DNA of 63,816 nt, counting the filler, from Octopus bimaculoides (taxonomy: Eukaryota): NCBI RefSeq assembly GCF_001194135.2. It is 5 parts of 4 records of this genome, joined end to end, with 100 filler letters (N's around TTAATTAATTAA, not from the genome) between each part and the next. Parts side by side here need not be neighbours in the genome. Positions count along the whole stretch, not along the records: positions 13,337 to 38,632 come from NC_068985.1; 4 more parts are not named here. The stretch is one strand, 5' to 3'. Below, piece by piece: positions 23,763 to 37,362 of this stretch. The first letter of the stretch is position 1; every line of letters starts with the position of its first letter. A program made the position numbers and the translations under genes. Under the pieces are notes generated by a model. The model saw only the letters and a list, made by a program, of their open reading frames with translations. It made no database searches and had not been told where the DNA came from.

Positions 23763-25589
23763 ATTCGCAAGCAGTCCGATTAAAAGAAATCTGACATTAA
23801 CTACAAACGTAAACATTGAAACCTGCCAATAAATATGAATATGTATATTTCTATAATTTTGCTTAGATGGATCCTAAGATTAATAGCTTCTCGCCAAAAG
23901 CTTCTGGATTTAATATATTACCGAACTTTGACATGGTAAGACAAAGAGACATAGGTATGAATGCAACCAACAAAACTGAGTAAGAGATGCACAATGAAAT
24001 GCGCGTTAGCGATTAGGCAGCTACCTTTTATATAAGTCGAAGAAAGTTTTCAGTTATTGATCACTTACAAAAATCACTTTTATCAGCCTTTCTTTCTTCT
24101 GCTGTAAAAGTAGATCCAGTTATACAGAACACATAAAATGCTACTCGAAAGATATAATTTTGGAATAGGGCAAAAAATGTATTGCCATGTGAATCGCGCG
24201 TTTACTCGTACAAAGAAAAATATATCGATTTGCAATAGAGAACGCACAGCTTCACAAAGCCATTCGTTTATATTTTGTCATCAAAACGTGTGACGCATAT
24301 TGAGAATTTTATATACGTGGTTAGATGCGAAATACACTACGCCTTTATTTAAAATGTAGGCACAGTTAAGTATAATGAGAAAACGTGAATTATAAATGTA
24401 CTGCTAAGGTTTTTAAAATGAAAGGTAATCATATTAAAAAGTAATCATATTAGAAGTTATAGTTTCATTTCTACATAATATTAGAACTTCGATTTGAATA
24501 GTGTTGATATATTTTCGATTATTTTAGATTGATAATATTTAATTAATAATTAGTCTTTATTGTTTATAATATCGTTAAAGGTTTTTTTTATTAAAACTTT
24601 GTATATATATATAAAGTTTAATCTTTTATTCTTAATAATTTTTTTCTTTCCTAATTTTTTCATTCATAATTTTTTCATTCATATTTTTATTCTTACGTTT
24701 GTAGAAATAAATATTCTTGCATTTTTCTATTATTCAATTGATTTTTAATGATAATTAAATAAACGTTTTTAGCTTTAAATAGTATAGCTTTAACTATTAC
24801 ACCGGTTAAATATGTACTAATTTTATCTTCATTATTATTTTAAACTTAAACTTCGTTCAAATTGTATTTAANNNNNNNNNNNNNNNNNNNNNNNNNNNNN
24901 NNNNNNNNNNNNNNNNNNNNNNNNNNNNNNNNNNNNNNNNNNNNNNNNNNNNNNNNNNNNNNNNNNNNNNNNNNNNNNNNNNNNNNNNNNNNNNNNNNNN
25001 NNNNNNNNNNNNNNNNNNNNNNNNNNNNNNNNNNNNNNNNNNNNNNNNNNNNNNNNNNNNNNNNNNNNNNNNNNNNNNNNNNNNNNNNNNNNNNNNNNNN
25101 NNNNNNNNNNNNNNNNNNNNNNNNNNNNNNNNNNNNNNNNNNNNNNNNNNNNNNNNNNNNNNNNNNNNNNNNNNNNNNNNNNNNNNNNNNNNNNNNNNNN
25201 NNNNNNNNNNNNNNNNNNNNNNNNNNNNNNNNNNNNNNNNNNNNNNNNNNNNNNNNNNNNNNNNNNNNNNNNNNNNNNNNNNNNNNNNNNNNNNNNNNNN
25301 NNNNNNNNNNNNNNNNNNNNNNNNNNNNNNNNNNNNNNNNNNNNNNNNNNNNNATATATATATATATATATAAATAATATTTCATATTACTGTATGATTG
25401 AATGCCACGCATCCATTTCCAAGTAAGTTTGTGTTGATAATTTTGATGCGACTCTACCCTGTACTGTTCTCTCTCTCTTCTTTCCTCTAATTCTTTTTTC
25501 TCTTCTTCTCCCCCTTTCGTTTTTTTCTCTCCTACTTTCTCTAATTCTTTTTCTCCCCTTCACCGTTTTCTATCTGTCTTTCTGTATGT

Positions 25590-26110
25590 CTGTCTGTCTC
25601 TCCCTCTTTCTCCTTTACTCTCTCTCATTGCTCAGGCGTGAACGTCGTCCATCTTTCATTTCTTCACGTGATCATCTTTCTTTTCGTTCAGTCTGTCGCA
25701 CAGATCAGACGCATCCTTATCAATCTTCTTGTCAAAGAATATTCCTCCAGCGTTCGCTAACTTACCTCGTCTGGTCTAACCACCTTCCATGTTTGTTTTC
25801 GTTTGGTTTGTTGTATGTATCCACTGTCCTGTTTTTGTTACCAACTTTGACCCTCCACAAATCCCACATTTTATTTTGGTTCACGGAAGCAACTGTTCTT
25901 CGAAACCTCATATTGTCGTTAATTTCTCGAAATGCGGAGTAGGTGAACAGCCGACAACTGATGAAGGGCCGTTCTTTATGTTACTTGTCTTGTTTCCCAT
26001 TTGTTTCTCTCGTTGTTCGCTTACTCAAGTTTGCCTTTGCATTTCACGTTGTGTTCGTATTTCGTAATTCGTGTTGTTTACGTTTTGTGACGTCCTATAC
26101 TTGAGTATAT
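25590..26110 (+). repeat. Unclassified dispersed repeat (partial copies at 26745-26880 and, reversed, near 26600)
   Basis: Shared ttgtttctctcgttgtt...gtgacgtcct(a/g)tac ending in a (TA)n tail. Confidence 0.55.
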
Positions 26111-27044
26111 ATAAAGGGCAGCAAAACTTTGCACATTTTACTACCAGTGGCCTAGCATGTAAAAAAAGTCAACAGACAACATATTCAATATAAAATACAA
26201 GACGAATTACCTTTTTTAACAAGCAATTTCTACACGCTAGAAGACCACAAAAAAGTTAAAACATTTTAAAGGGAAGAAAAAATAAAAACTTTTACCATAT
26301 TTCTAATGGCTAGACCTATAGGCCTATAGTAAAATTTTGTAAAGTTTTGTTACCCTTTATATATACTAAAGTATTTGATATTAGCATTTCAAAGTTCGTT
26401 TCGGCATTTTTCATTTACTGAAACTGCGCCTGCACAGTGGATTTTGAAAGAATTATAACATATATCTAGGAGACATGTGCGTATTGCCTTTTGTCTCATA
26501 GTTATACGTTAATCTTTGACTTTTGGTTACTGAAGAGAATTTGCCTAGTAAATTTTTTTTATTTACTAAAAAAATTCGAAACCTATAGTTTCAATACGCA
26601 AACAACGAGAAACAAATGGTAAACAACACAAGTAACACCAAAGCGACTCTATCATTTGTCGTCTGTCTATCTATACCTCATTTCAAGTATTGAACGACTA
26701 TATTACTCTTCGAAGACAGTTGCTTACATAAGTGCCAAAATAAAAGTTGGCGTTTATGGAAGGTTGTCCTATTGTCTATTTGTTTCTCTCGTTGTTTGAA
26801 TATCGAATTCATTTGTTTTCGTATTTCATGTTGTTTACTATTAGTGACGTCCTGTACCCTTATATGCATATATATATATATATANNNNNNNNNNNNNNNN
26901 NNNNNNNNNNNNNNNNNNNNNNNNNNNNNNNNNNNNNNNNNNNNNNNNNNNNNNNNNNNNNNNNNNNNNNNNNNNNNNNNNNNNNNNNNNNNNNNNNNNN
27001 NNNNNNNNNNNNNNNNNNNNNNNNNNNNNNNNNNNNNNNNNNNN

Positions 27045-27101
<57 letters not shown>

Positions 27102-27569
27102 CTGTATATATAATCGTATGAGCGGTCATGTTGCTGCAATTGTTAATTGTGCCATAACGATAAATGCAACGATTGCTATATATTACAACAGATGTCCCTC
27201 GAAATTACATTAGTCTCGAATTGAACTGCAACATGACAAAAGCAATTAACGTCCAGCATTAATTGTAAGCAATACGTTTGATATTTTATCGACTGGTGTA
27301 TTTACAGTGAAAATAGCATGGAGTATATTTGCTTTGTATTCTGTGTTGCGAGTAGGAATCGAATATATGCCATCTCCAGAGCCGTGTATCCCTACTATAG
27401 AGGCATTTTGTTGGAAAATACCAGAATAAATAACAGACTGACATTTCTTGAAAGAGTTATTGGAAAGCTGGCCAACGATAAACATAGAGATGAGTATTGG
27501 TTACAATTGTTAGTTTTAATTTATGGCTATATATCCTCAACAAAATACATATGCACACGAAACATTGTC

Positions 27570-27617
<48 letters not shown>

Positions 27618-28217
27618 NNNNNNNNNNNNNNNNNNNNNNNNNNNNNNNNNNNNNNNNNNNNNNNNNNNNNNNNNNNNNNNNNNNNNNNNNNNNNNNNNNN
27701 NNNNNNNNNNNNNNNNNNNNNNNNNNNNNNNNNNNNNNNNNNNNNNNNNNNNNNNNNNNNNNNNNNNNNNNNNNNNNNNNNNNNNNNNNNNNNNNNNNNN
27801 NNNNNNNNNNNNNNNNNNNNNNNNNNNNNNNNNNNNNNNNNNNNNNNNNNNNNNNNNNNNNNNNNNNNNNNNNNNNNNNNNNNNNNNNNNNNNNNNNNNN
27901 NNNNNNNNNNNNNNNNNNNNNNNNNNNNNNNNNNNNNNNNNNNNNNNNNNNNNNNNNNNNNNNNNNNNNNNNNNNNNNNNNNNNNNNNNNNNNNNNNNNN
28001 NNNNNNNNNNNNNNNNNNNNNNNNNNNNNNNNNNNNNNNNNNNNNNNNNNNNNNNNNNNNNNNNNNNNNNNNNNNNNNNNNNNNNNNNNNNNNNNNNNNN
28101 NNNNNNNNNNNNNNNNNNNNNNNNNNNNNNNNNNNNNNNNNNNNNNNNNNNNNNNNNNNNNNNNNNNNNNNNNNNNNNNNNNNNNNNNNNNNNNNNNNNN
28201 NNNNNNNNNNNNNNNNN

Positions 28218-28264
<47 letters not shown>

Positions 28265-28283
28265 ATACATATATATGTACAGT

Positions 28284-28325
<42 letters not shown>

Positions 28326-28707
28326 TAGATAGATAGATAGATAGAGAGATAGAGAGAGAGAGAGAGATAGAGAGATAGAGAGAGTTCCTCAGTCGGATTG
28401 AATGTCTTGCGATAATTACCGCGGATGTGCGTGATATGATTTCAAATCCTGCCGAGAAATCTGTAACGTTTCGACGTCGATAAATAATAGCCTCAAATTT
28501 TGGACAGAATCCAGCAATATTTTGTTGTTAGGGAACAGGAAACAATCAATTGTATCGATCTAGGAATGTTAGAATTTAGAATCAAATTCTCCGCAAAGTG
28601 AACTCAGTGACTAAGTAAACTGTAAGCACTGATAGGCATTGTGTGAGATGTGCTAATGTTTCTGCAAGATCGCGGTTTTACGGCGATAAATACTCAATCA
28701 ACCAAAA

Positions 28708-28848
28708 ATGGCGGACTTGTCGAAATTAAAACGGTTTTTGCTTCTGTTCTGTGCGTTTGGAGCTCAGTTAATACGTGTTTTACCCACTGGAGGAAAGGCC
28801 ATTCGATCGCAGCGAAAATTTACGTTACGTTTGGAAATTCTTTCGTGA
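28708..28848 (+). CDS. Possible 46-aa small ORF or first exon, signal-peptide-like
   Basis: aaaaATGGCGG start context; MADLSKLKRFLLLFCAFGAQLIRVLPTGGK...; CpG-rich region; no good splice donor found. Confidence 0.2.
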   Translation: MADLSKLKRFLLLFCAFGAQLIRVLPTGGKAIRSQRKFTLRLEILS

Positions 28849-29681
28849 ATTGGCCAAGTATTTCATTTCATCTTTGCTCTTGCCTTGCAGGAGAAAATAC
28901 TCGAGGACGTTCCTGCTCTACGTTTACAACAAACGGTATTATAAAAATTCTCGCCTACATGCGCATTAACCTCAGACACTCATGTTGGTCTGGGATTTGA
29001 TCTTTGACATAAAAGTAACAATGCACGAAAAAATTTCATCACGTTATACCTTATCATAAAAGCGTTAACTGATTGTAACGGAACATATTTGATACCAATA
29101 GCGATCGTTGAGATTACGTTGGTGAGGTGGCAGCATTGTTAGCATGCTGAGGGGTGGTGGAATTCTTAGTGGCATTCAGTCAGTCTTTTCGTTCTGAGTT
29201 CAAATCTCACTGAGGTCCAATTTGGTCGTTCATCCTTTTTGGTTCGATACACTAAGTACGAGTTGAGTGCTAGGTCTAGACTTCTTCTTTGAAATTGCTA
29301 TCCTTTTACTAAAATTTGAAACCACTAATTAGCGTTGGGATTTTGGAGATGGAACACACTCTGCTACTTTCTGGTAATTTAAGTGAGTTTTAGTCTTAGA
29401 CTTTCTTCATCAGGTTTAGTCATTAAGAAAATGAGTAATTGCGCTCGGTGTAAGATTAAATTTAATTTATTAATTTCACTTAAATTAATGCACATTCTTA
29501 CTGATTGATTTATACATGTAGCATATTTGGTTACTTAGGCATTTTACCCCNNNNNNNNNNCCCGCTGTTTTAAATGCTTGGATTTTAGCATATATTAGGT
29601 ACTTATCTGCTTTGAATACACATGTTCGTATACATATTGCACTAGCAAAATAGCGTTGGCACATACATACACATTATCACA

Positions 29682-29727
<46 letters not shown>

Positions 29728-31045
29728 TATACACATGTATATATTGAAACACACACAAATAAATAAGGTTATGTATACATACACTCAAATAATTAAGGTT
29801 ACTGAAATTCCAGCTCGCTAGAAATAGGAGTCAACACCCCAAAGCCACAAATCTCTCACTATAAGAAACCTCGCACGGTTAATAGAGCAAATAAAACAAA
29901 AATAGGACTTACCTTTGCAAAAACTAGATACAAAGTAAAAAGATAGATATCTTGGTATCAATTGATTTCATCTTTTAGGATCATCAGCCAAGCTTACTGT
30001 ATACAACTAGTTTTCAAAATATATTNNNNNNNNNNNNNNNNNNNNNNNNNNNNNNNNNNNNNNNNNNNNNNNNNNNNNNNNNNNNNNNNNNNNNNNNNNN
30101 NNNNNNNNNNNNNNNNNNNNNNNNNNNNNNNNNNNNNNNNNNNNNNNNNNNNNNNNNNNNNNNNNNNNNNNNNNNNNNNNNNNNNNNNNNNNNNNNNNNN
30201 NNNNNNNNNNNNNNNNNNNNNNNNNNNNNNNNNNNNNNNNNNNNNNNNNNNNNNNNNNNNNNNNNNNNNNNNNNNNNNNNNNNNNNNNNNNNNNNNNNNN
30301 NNNNNNNNNNNNNNNNNNNNNNNNNNNNNNNNNNNNNNNNNNNNNNNNNNNNNNNNNNNNNNNNNNNNNNNNNNNNNNNNNNNNNNNNNNNNNNNNNNNN
30401 NNNNNNNNNNNNNNNNNNNNNNNNNNNNNNNNNNNNNNNNNNNNNNNNNNNNNNNNNNNNNNNNNNNNNNNNNNNNNNNNNNNNNNNNNNNNNNNNNNNN
30501 NNNNNNNNNNNNNNNNNNNNNNNNNNNNNNNNNNNNNNNNNNNNNNNNNNNNNNNNNNNNNNNNNNNNNNNNNNNNNNNNNNNNNNNNNNNNNNNNNNNN
30601 NNNNNNNNNNNNNNNNNNNNNNNNNNNNNNNNNNNNNNNNNNNNNNNNNNNNNNNNNNNNNNNNNNNNNNNNNNNNNNNNNNNNNNNNNNNNNNNNNNNN
30701 NNNNNNNNNNNNNNNNNNNNNNNNNNNNNNNNNNNNNNNNNNNNNNNNNNNNNNNNNNNNNNNNNNNNNNNNNNNNNNNNNNNNNNNNNNNNNNNNNNNN
30801 NNNNNNNNNNNNNNNNNNNNNNNNNNNNNNNNNNNNNNNNNNNNNNNNNNNNNNNNNNNNNNNNNNNNNNNNNNNNNNNNNNNNNNNNNNNNNNNNNNNN
30901 GAATAAACAAACAAGCAAAAAAGCTATATATATATATAACTACTCCCCCCCCCAAAGAAGAACAAACACAACAAGAAAAAACAACAACGTGAGGACGTGG
31001 TACATACAAAGTATTAACAGACTCTCAGGGAAGGAAGGAAATGTG

Positions 31046-31080
31046 GTTTTACGTTTCGAGCAAAGCTGTTCATCAGGAAC
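31046..31080 (-). ncRNA. Minimal hammerhead-ribozyme-like motif, degraded, inside a repeat (about 30985-31140)
   Basis: Minus strand GTTC-CTGATGA-A-CAGC-TTT-GCTC-GAA-ACGT-A-AAAC; intact core, one mismatch each in stems I and II. Confidence 0.55.
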
Positions 31081-31137
31081 AGGAGACAGAGTAAAGGAAG
31101 ATGGAGGAAAAAATCTCCGACGATCCACATGTGATTA

Positions 31138-31239
<102 letters not shown>

Positions 31240-31464
31240 GAGAAAGATATATATATATTTAGGGGATAAAAAAGCACTCAAATATTGTAGACTCTGCCAA
31301 GAAACAACTGTGAGCTAAAATAGTTCGTGTAATAATTTCATGTTCCCTTGTTTATTTAAATTGATTTCATTGCTTTGTACAGTCCACTGACGCTTTGTTC
31401 TGAAGCATATGTATATTGAATTATAACACCAGATTATTATGCCTAAGAGACCTATCTATCTATG

Positions 31465-31552
<88 letters not shown>

Positions 31553-31561
31553 AATTGTTGT

Positions 31562-32035
31562 GTGTGATATATTTAACCCCTCCGCAATCTTTCGTAAAGT
31601 TATATGAGAATCAGCATCAATTATGGCTTTGATTCGGCCATCATCAACTTCAGTAGGTCAACCAGAACGTTGGTCATATTTGAGTGGAAAATCTCCAGAA
31701 CGGAATTTCTAAAACAATTTCTGACACGTATGTTCTGTTGTTAAGCAATCAACACCATAAATTTCACATACCTCTTTGTGAGCCTCAGCAGCTTTCTTGC
31801 CTTTATGTAAATTAAAAAGAAAAATATGGCGAAACTTTTCGTTTTTGTACTCCATGTTAAAACTGACACTGAATTAACAGCTATATAAAAAAAAAAATAG
31901 GCGCAATTTGCTTCTAGTGTAAGCTAAAAGTAACGGCTATCAAATGTCAAAAGGAAAATATCATAACATCGACAAAAGTCATTCAAAAACAACGTAACTC
32001 AGTATTTCTTCTAGGCGTTAGCCATTATTTCTCAT
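31562..32035 (-). mobile_element. Mariner transposon 5' fragment (HTH domains)
   Basis: ATG at 31855: MEYKNEKFRHIFLFNLHKGKKAAEAHKEVCEIYG...KFRSGDF...RSG*PTEVDDGRIKAIIDADSHITLRKIAEGLNISH. Confidence 0.85.
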
Positions 32036-32959
32036 ATTTGACCGAAGGGCCGTATTTATTCCGTCTTCGTCAATCGTTTCACATTACAGTCGTTTACTTT
32101 CGTACGGCCACTTTGCATCGTTTTGTTTGTTCGAGCCTTAATTCTCTGCAAATTTTGCGGGTGCCGCCGATATGCGAAGTACTCAGTCTTATCATTAAAG
32201 ACCTGAAACTGTGTATTGGTATTCTATCTATTTGCGAAAAACGAAATTACTTTCTTGTCAGCCCGACGTGTATGTGTATGTGTGTGTGTGTGTACGCGTT
32301 TCTTTGTGTTTGTGCCTGTACCACGCCAACACATGACAACTAGTGTTGGTTTGTCTACGTCCACATAAATCCATCCCTTCCGTAAAAGAGATCGACAGAA
32401 TAAGCACCAAAATTAGAAAAAAATAGTACAAGGGGTTGATTTGTTGGAGTAAACTCTTCTCAGCCTGGTAGCTATCCAATGAATGAAACAAATAAAAGAT
32501 AAAGAACAAAACATGACCAAAATGTTATTATTTGAAAACTAGGCCATCTACTTTACGCATGTATCTGACCAGTTCTATACAGGCAAGAGGGAAACGAGCT
32601 GTAATAGCCATAGGCATAAGAGCGTTGCAAAACTTTCCCTGAAAAGAATTAAATCTGATATCTTCCTATATTTAGATGAATACAATCCACTCCACGCCCC
32701 CTTTTAGATATTTCGTTTTAGTTTTCTGACTGTTACTATATTTTACATTATGGTTTCTTTACTGTTTATTTCTGGGTTTTTTTTTTTCATTTTCTTTGTT
32801 AGTATTTTTATATGTATGAAAACTGATTATCTTAATATTTAGTGAATAGTGAATTGACGTTTCGGTTAATTTATACAAGTTTTCAATCTGTCAATACTAT
32901 TTTTTTATCGACATTATAACTTCTCACCGTCAATGACATAGTTCAAAATCCAGTTGTAT

Positions 32960-33300
32960 TAGTTCGTCCGTCGTTGTCGACGATAACCAAGGCATCGCAT
33001 GGCAGAGGAAGATGGCGTCCAGCTGTGGCCGACCAGTCTCATGCGTGCTCAGAAGTCTGTGTCGCCGGTGGTCTGAAGGTAAGGAGTTGACTCTAGACTA
33101 GCGCAGTTTATGTTTTCTGTGTGCTCCTGCAGCCCTGTTCTGTTCGGAAGAGGTGGAACTTCTACTGATCCCCCATCACCAGGCAGAATGGTTTTATGCT
33201 TGCCTTTCACAGATGTCAGACTTGATCTCAAAGCTCTTTAATTGTAGAATCCCTTGTTGTCTGCGACATACCTGAACAATCTGGGAAGGTATCAGATTTC
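32960..33300 (-). mobile_element. RTE/BovB-like LINE 3' end, decayed
   Basis: Across frames: CERQA*NHSAW*WGI...EQNRAAGAHRKHK and DF*ARMRLVGHSW (compare FRARIGLVGHLR). Confidence 0.65.
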
Positions 33301-34371
33301 AATTCTTTTCGTGGTCAGATGAACAATTCCTCGAAGCTTACTGGTATTACAGCTCCCTTCCCCCGTGCCTATGTCGTACTGGTCAGATACATGCTTAAAA
33401 TAAATGACCTGGTTTACAAACAGTGCCATTTTGGTCAAATTCTTTTCGTTTGTCAGTCAATTTATTGTGGATCTGAAGAATATAAATGCTTTGGATTGTT
33501 CTCTTTTCTTAGTCTTCTTTTAATCGATAGACTGTGAATCGATTACTTAATAAGATTGAACTATGAAACCCCTCCAAATTTTATTGGAAACATATGTAAG
33601 CATTCAGCATTATCTGTGTGTATTTTCTAAATTACCTTGAAGCAACATACTAATTTCCCTTGATAACCATAGCGCGGATTAACAAATTTGATTGATGACA
33701 GCTTGTTGAATTCGTATTACCAGAATTCTCACTACTAACACAGGACATACTTGTTAGCCTGGTGTATTTTCCTGTACAGAGAGCTTACGAAGTATTTCCT
33801 CTAGATTATTAATTCTTTTTATTTTGATGTGTGTGTGTGTGTGTGTGTGTATGTGTGTGTGTGTGTGTATGTGCGATGAGTTTCGAAAAGTACATATTCG
33901 CCTAAATGTGCGGACTCTGATCTATCACAAGAACATGCTACTGTATACGTGGTTGCGTCTAGTAATTCCTAATCCGAATTTAAATACCTTTTGACGCTTT
34001 TTATAACGTTCAATGGTACTTCTTAGATTTCAAATCGGAATGATTTTCAATAAAGCAGCTGCACAATGTATGCCTAAATCTATTTAGATAATGTTTGTTA
34101 ATATTAGTTTTTTCCGTTCAGTAATTTCTGTAAATTTAGTGTTCTTTAACATTTCAATATTATCCATCATTGTTCTCGTAATTGCATACGATGCTTCCAC
34201 TCTCTAAAAAGATTCTCGGTCCAGTTTTATTTATTGTTATTATCTGATTCTTCCTCGATAGGCATCTCATATATCTCATCTGATATAGATCAAACATTCC
34301 TATTGTTGAAAGTTCCAGTTCATAATTGAGTCGGTGTTAGCTAGGAATTGTCTCTCATAGTGGGTTTGTGT

Positions 34372-34504
34372 GGCGCAGGAGTGGCTGTGTGGTAAGTAAC
34401 TTGCTTACCAACCACATGGTTCCAGGTTCAGTCCCACTGCGCAGTACATTGGACAAGTGTCTTCTTCTATAGCCTCGGGTCGACCGAAGCCTTGTGAGTG
34501 AATT
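34372..34504 (+). mobile_element. SINE family A 5' part (cut by gap)
   Basis: ggcgcaggagtggctgtgtggtaagtaacttgcttaccaaccacatggttccaggttcagtccc. Confidence 0.85.
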
Positions 34505-35139
34505 NNNNNNNNNNNNNNNNNNNNNNNNNNNNNNNNNNNNNNNNNNNNNNNNNNNNNNNNNNNNNNNNNNNNNNNNNNNNNNNNNNNNNNNNNNNNNNNN
34601 NNNNNNNNNNNNNNNNNNNNNNNNNNNNNNNNNNNNNNNNNNNNNNNNNNNNNNNNNNNNNNNNNNNNNNNNNNNNNNNNNNNNNNNNNNNNNNNNNNNN
34701 NNNNNNNNNNNNNNNNNNNNNNNNNNNNNNNNNNNNNNNNNNNNNNNNNNNNNNNNNNNNNNNNNNNNNNNNNNNNNNNNNNNNNNNNNNNNNNNNNNNN
34801 NNNNNNNNNNNNNNNNNNNNNNNNNNNNNNNNNNNNNNNNNNNNNNNNNNNNNNNNNNNNNNNNNNNNNNNNNNNNNNNNNNNNNNNNNNNNNNNNNNNN
34901 NNNNNNNNNNNNNNNNNNNNNNNNNNNNNNNNNNNNNNNNNNNNNNNNNNNNNNNNNNNNNNNNNNNNNNNNNNNNNNNNNNNNNNNNNNNNNNNNNNNN
35001 NNNNNNNNNNNNNNNNNNNNNNNNNNNNNNNNNNNNNNNNNNNNNNNNNNNNNNNNNNNNNNNNNNNNNNNNNNNNNNNNNNNNNNNNNNNNNTCCCCAC
35101 AGGAAAAAAAAAAAGAAACAAATACTGCGAGGAATATCA

Positions 35140-35790
35140 ATGTAGTATATGGGGATCGGACAATAAGGGTAAGCCAGTGTCAATGGTGGTTCCAGAAATT
35201 CTGAGTCGGAAACTACAGACTAAAAGACGAGCCTCGTATTGGAAGATATGTAGAGCTCGAGGAGGACGACCTGCAAACCCTGGTGGAACAAAATCCCATC
35301 GTAACTGTTGAGGAACTAACAGAAAAGAGTGGATTTGGTCATTCAACCATTCATCGACACCTGTGCTAGAAAAAATAAATGAATAAAACGACCATTTTTG
35401 GTTTCAAGACGAAATGTGTTCTTCCATCAGGTTAATGCTCGGCCACATACAGGGAGGATGACATTCCAAAGGCTGGGGCAATGTGAATGGAAAACGATGC
35501 CCCACCCAGCATATTTGCCGGGCATTAACCTATATGATTATCATTTATCCCACAGTCTTCAAAATCATTTGGACTGAAAAATATCAATTCTGTAGACGAG
35601 GCCAGAACAGTATTTGAGGAGTATGGTTCATCACGAACAAGTGAATTTTGGAAGAGGGGCCTTCCAAGTCTACCAGATAGATGGAAGAGCATTATAGAAA
35701 ATTAAGGAGAGTATATGTTATATTAAAGAAGTAGTTCGTTTATCTTAATTTTGAAAAATAAAAGAAGTATAAAAGACCGCAACTCATCTG
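35140..35790 (+). mobile_element. Mariner (DD34D) remnant, internally deleted
   Basis: ELEEDDLQTLVEQNPIVTVEELTEKSGFGHSTIHRHL joined to FFHQ(V)NARPH-...-YDYHL, with 34 residues between the catalytic positions. Confidence 0.85.
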
Positions 35791-36043
35791 AAACTGAGCC
35801 ACTTATCAAAATATATCTTCAATAAAATGAATAATTTAGAGTTGTAATAATGTCTTGTGAAAGTGGAACATAAATGGAACAATCTCGAATATAAAATGCG
35901 TGTTTTGTTAGTCTGAATTCGTTGTATGTCTATCAATGGATAAATGAACGCTGTGTCGAGCGGTACACAACATGGGAAGGTCAAGAATGTGAGAGGGATG
36001 TAGGAGAGAGAGAGAGAGAGAGAGAGATTTCAGAAAATTAAAT

Positions 36044-36625
36044 GGATCTTTTTTAAAACGGGGGCCACATTTTTCATTAATGTTTTACGTAGTGTTTTTG
36101 GTACCGAAAGACTTTCAAACTTCGTATACTTATCTATTTTGTGTTATAGAACAGAAAAATATTTTTGTATTCGAATTTATTTCATGTAAAAAATTGTCTT
36201 ATTTCGATAATTTCAACCAATCACTGACAAGTATTCAGTTGTTTACATTTACTCCTTTGGCTGATTAAGCCATAGCTTCGTTTTATTTGCTTTTTTCATT
36301 TTCTTTTTTTTTCTTCGTTTTATTTGCTCTTTTCTTTTTAAATTTGCTGTTTTACCCTAACCCTAACGCTAACCCTATCAGCGATAGAATTGTTTCAGAA
36401 TCGTTTGTTTATGTAGTCGGCACTTAATGTATATCGGCTGAATGGACGTCAGTGATTGGTTGAAATTACAGAAATACGACAACTTTAACATGGAATAACT
36501 TAGGGATTTCTTTTTTTAAGAAGACTAAGAGAAAAAGATGTTTTATATGACACATTCTACCAGTGTTCCAAGTTTCAAAGTGTTCCGTTAATGAAAAATG
36601 TGGCCCCCGTTTTAAAAAAAGATCC
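36044..36625. mobile_element. MITE with about 37-bp TIRs, GG..CC ends, 8-bp TSD
   Basis: aattaaat|ggatcttttttaaaacgggggccacatttttcattaa...ttaatgaaaaatgtggcccccgttttaaaaaaagatcc|aattaaat; CCCTAA-like repeats at 36353-36377. Confidence 0.9.
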
Positions 36626-37362
36626 AATTAAATAATGTAAGAATCTATAATTATCTCCTCTACTTGTTTATATTCTCTAACACTGAATATTTCTCACTGC
36701 AAGATTTAATACTTGTGTTTCCAAGCGGCATTTAATTTAGCTGCGAAAACCGGTTGCGTATCACTCATATCAATATTGAACCATGTTTGTTTACTATTGC
36801 TAATTATTCCCGCAAATATTTTATCTTCATAAAACACAGCATAATTAGATGAATATTATTTCAAAAACACTGTAATGTTATTATAATTATAAATTCATTT
36901 TGTTATAGGATTAATACTGTTATTTTATAACATTGTTGACTGTATTCCTATTTTGTATTGACACTATTCATATTGTTGGATCTGCATGAAATATCTTTTA
37001 GCATCATCTTTGGTGTGTATAAATAGCCGATGGCTTCGTTGTTGATAAAAAAAAAAACTGACAAGCCAAACTTCACAGTAAAATCTTTGGCTGGATTTAT
37101 ACAATATGTTGGAAAATAATATTCGAAGAACAAACAATGAGAAAAAAATTATACATGCATATAGAAATAGGAAAGAAAGAATAAAAATAATTTTAAGACG
37201 GGCAAAAATAGACAAAGAGAGAATTTATGGTAAGAAATGCAAAAGCTATTTATCAAGAAAAGTTTCTTTTCGATACTGAAAATAGTATTCGTAAGGATGT
37301 TCTTAAAACAGATGACAGCAGTGTACCTGCGTCTACTGCGACAACAATATTGATAGTTAAGA

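Noticed and set aside
33012-33084. Apparent first exon AAGATGGCG...MASSCGRPVSCVLRSLCRRWSE|GTAAGG, mitochondrial-presequence-like with a strong donor
   Set aside because: It lies antisense to a recognisable RTE LINE 3' end (ARMRLVGHSW), and no downstream exon was found. Exonisation cannot be excluded without RNA-seq.
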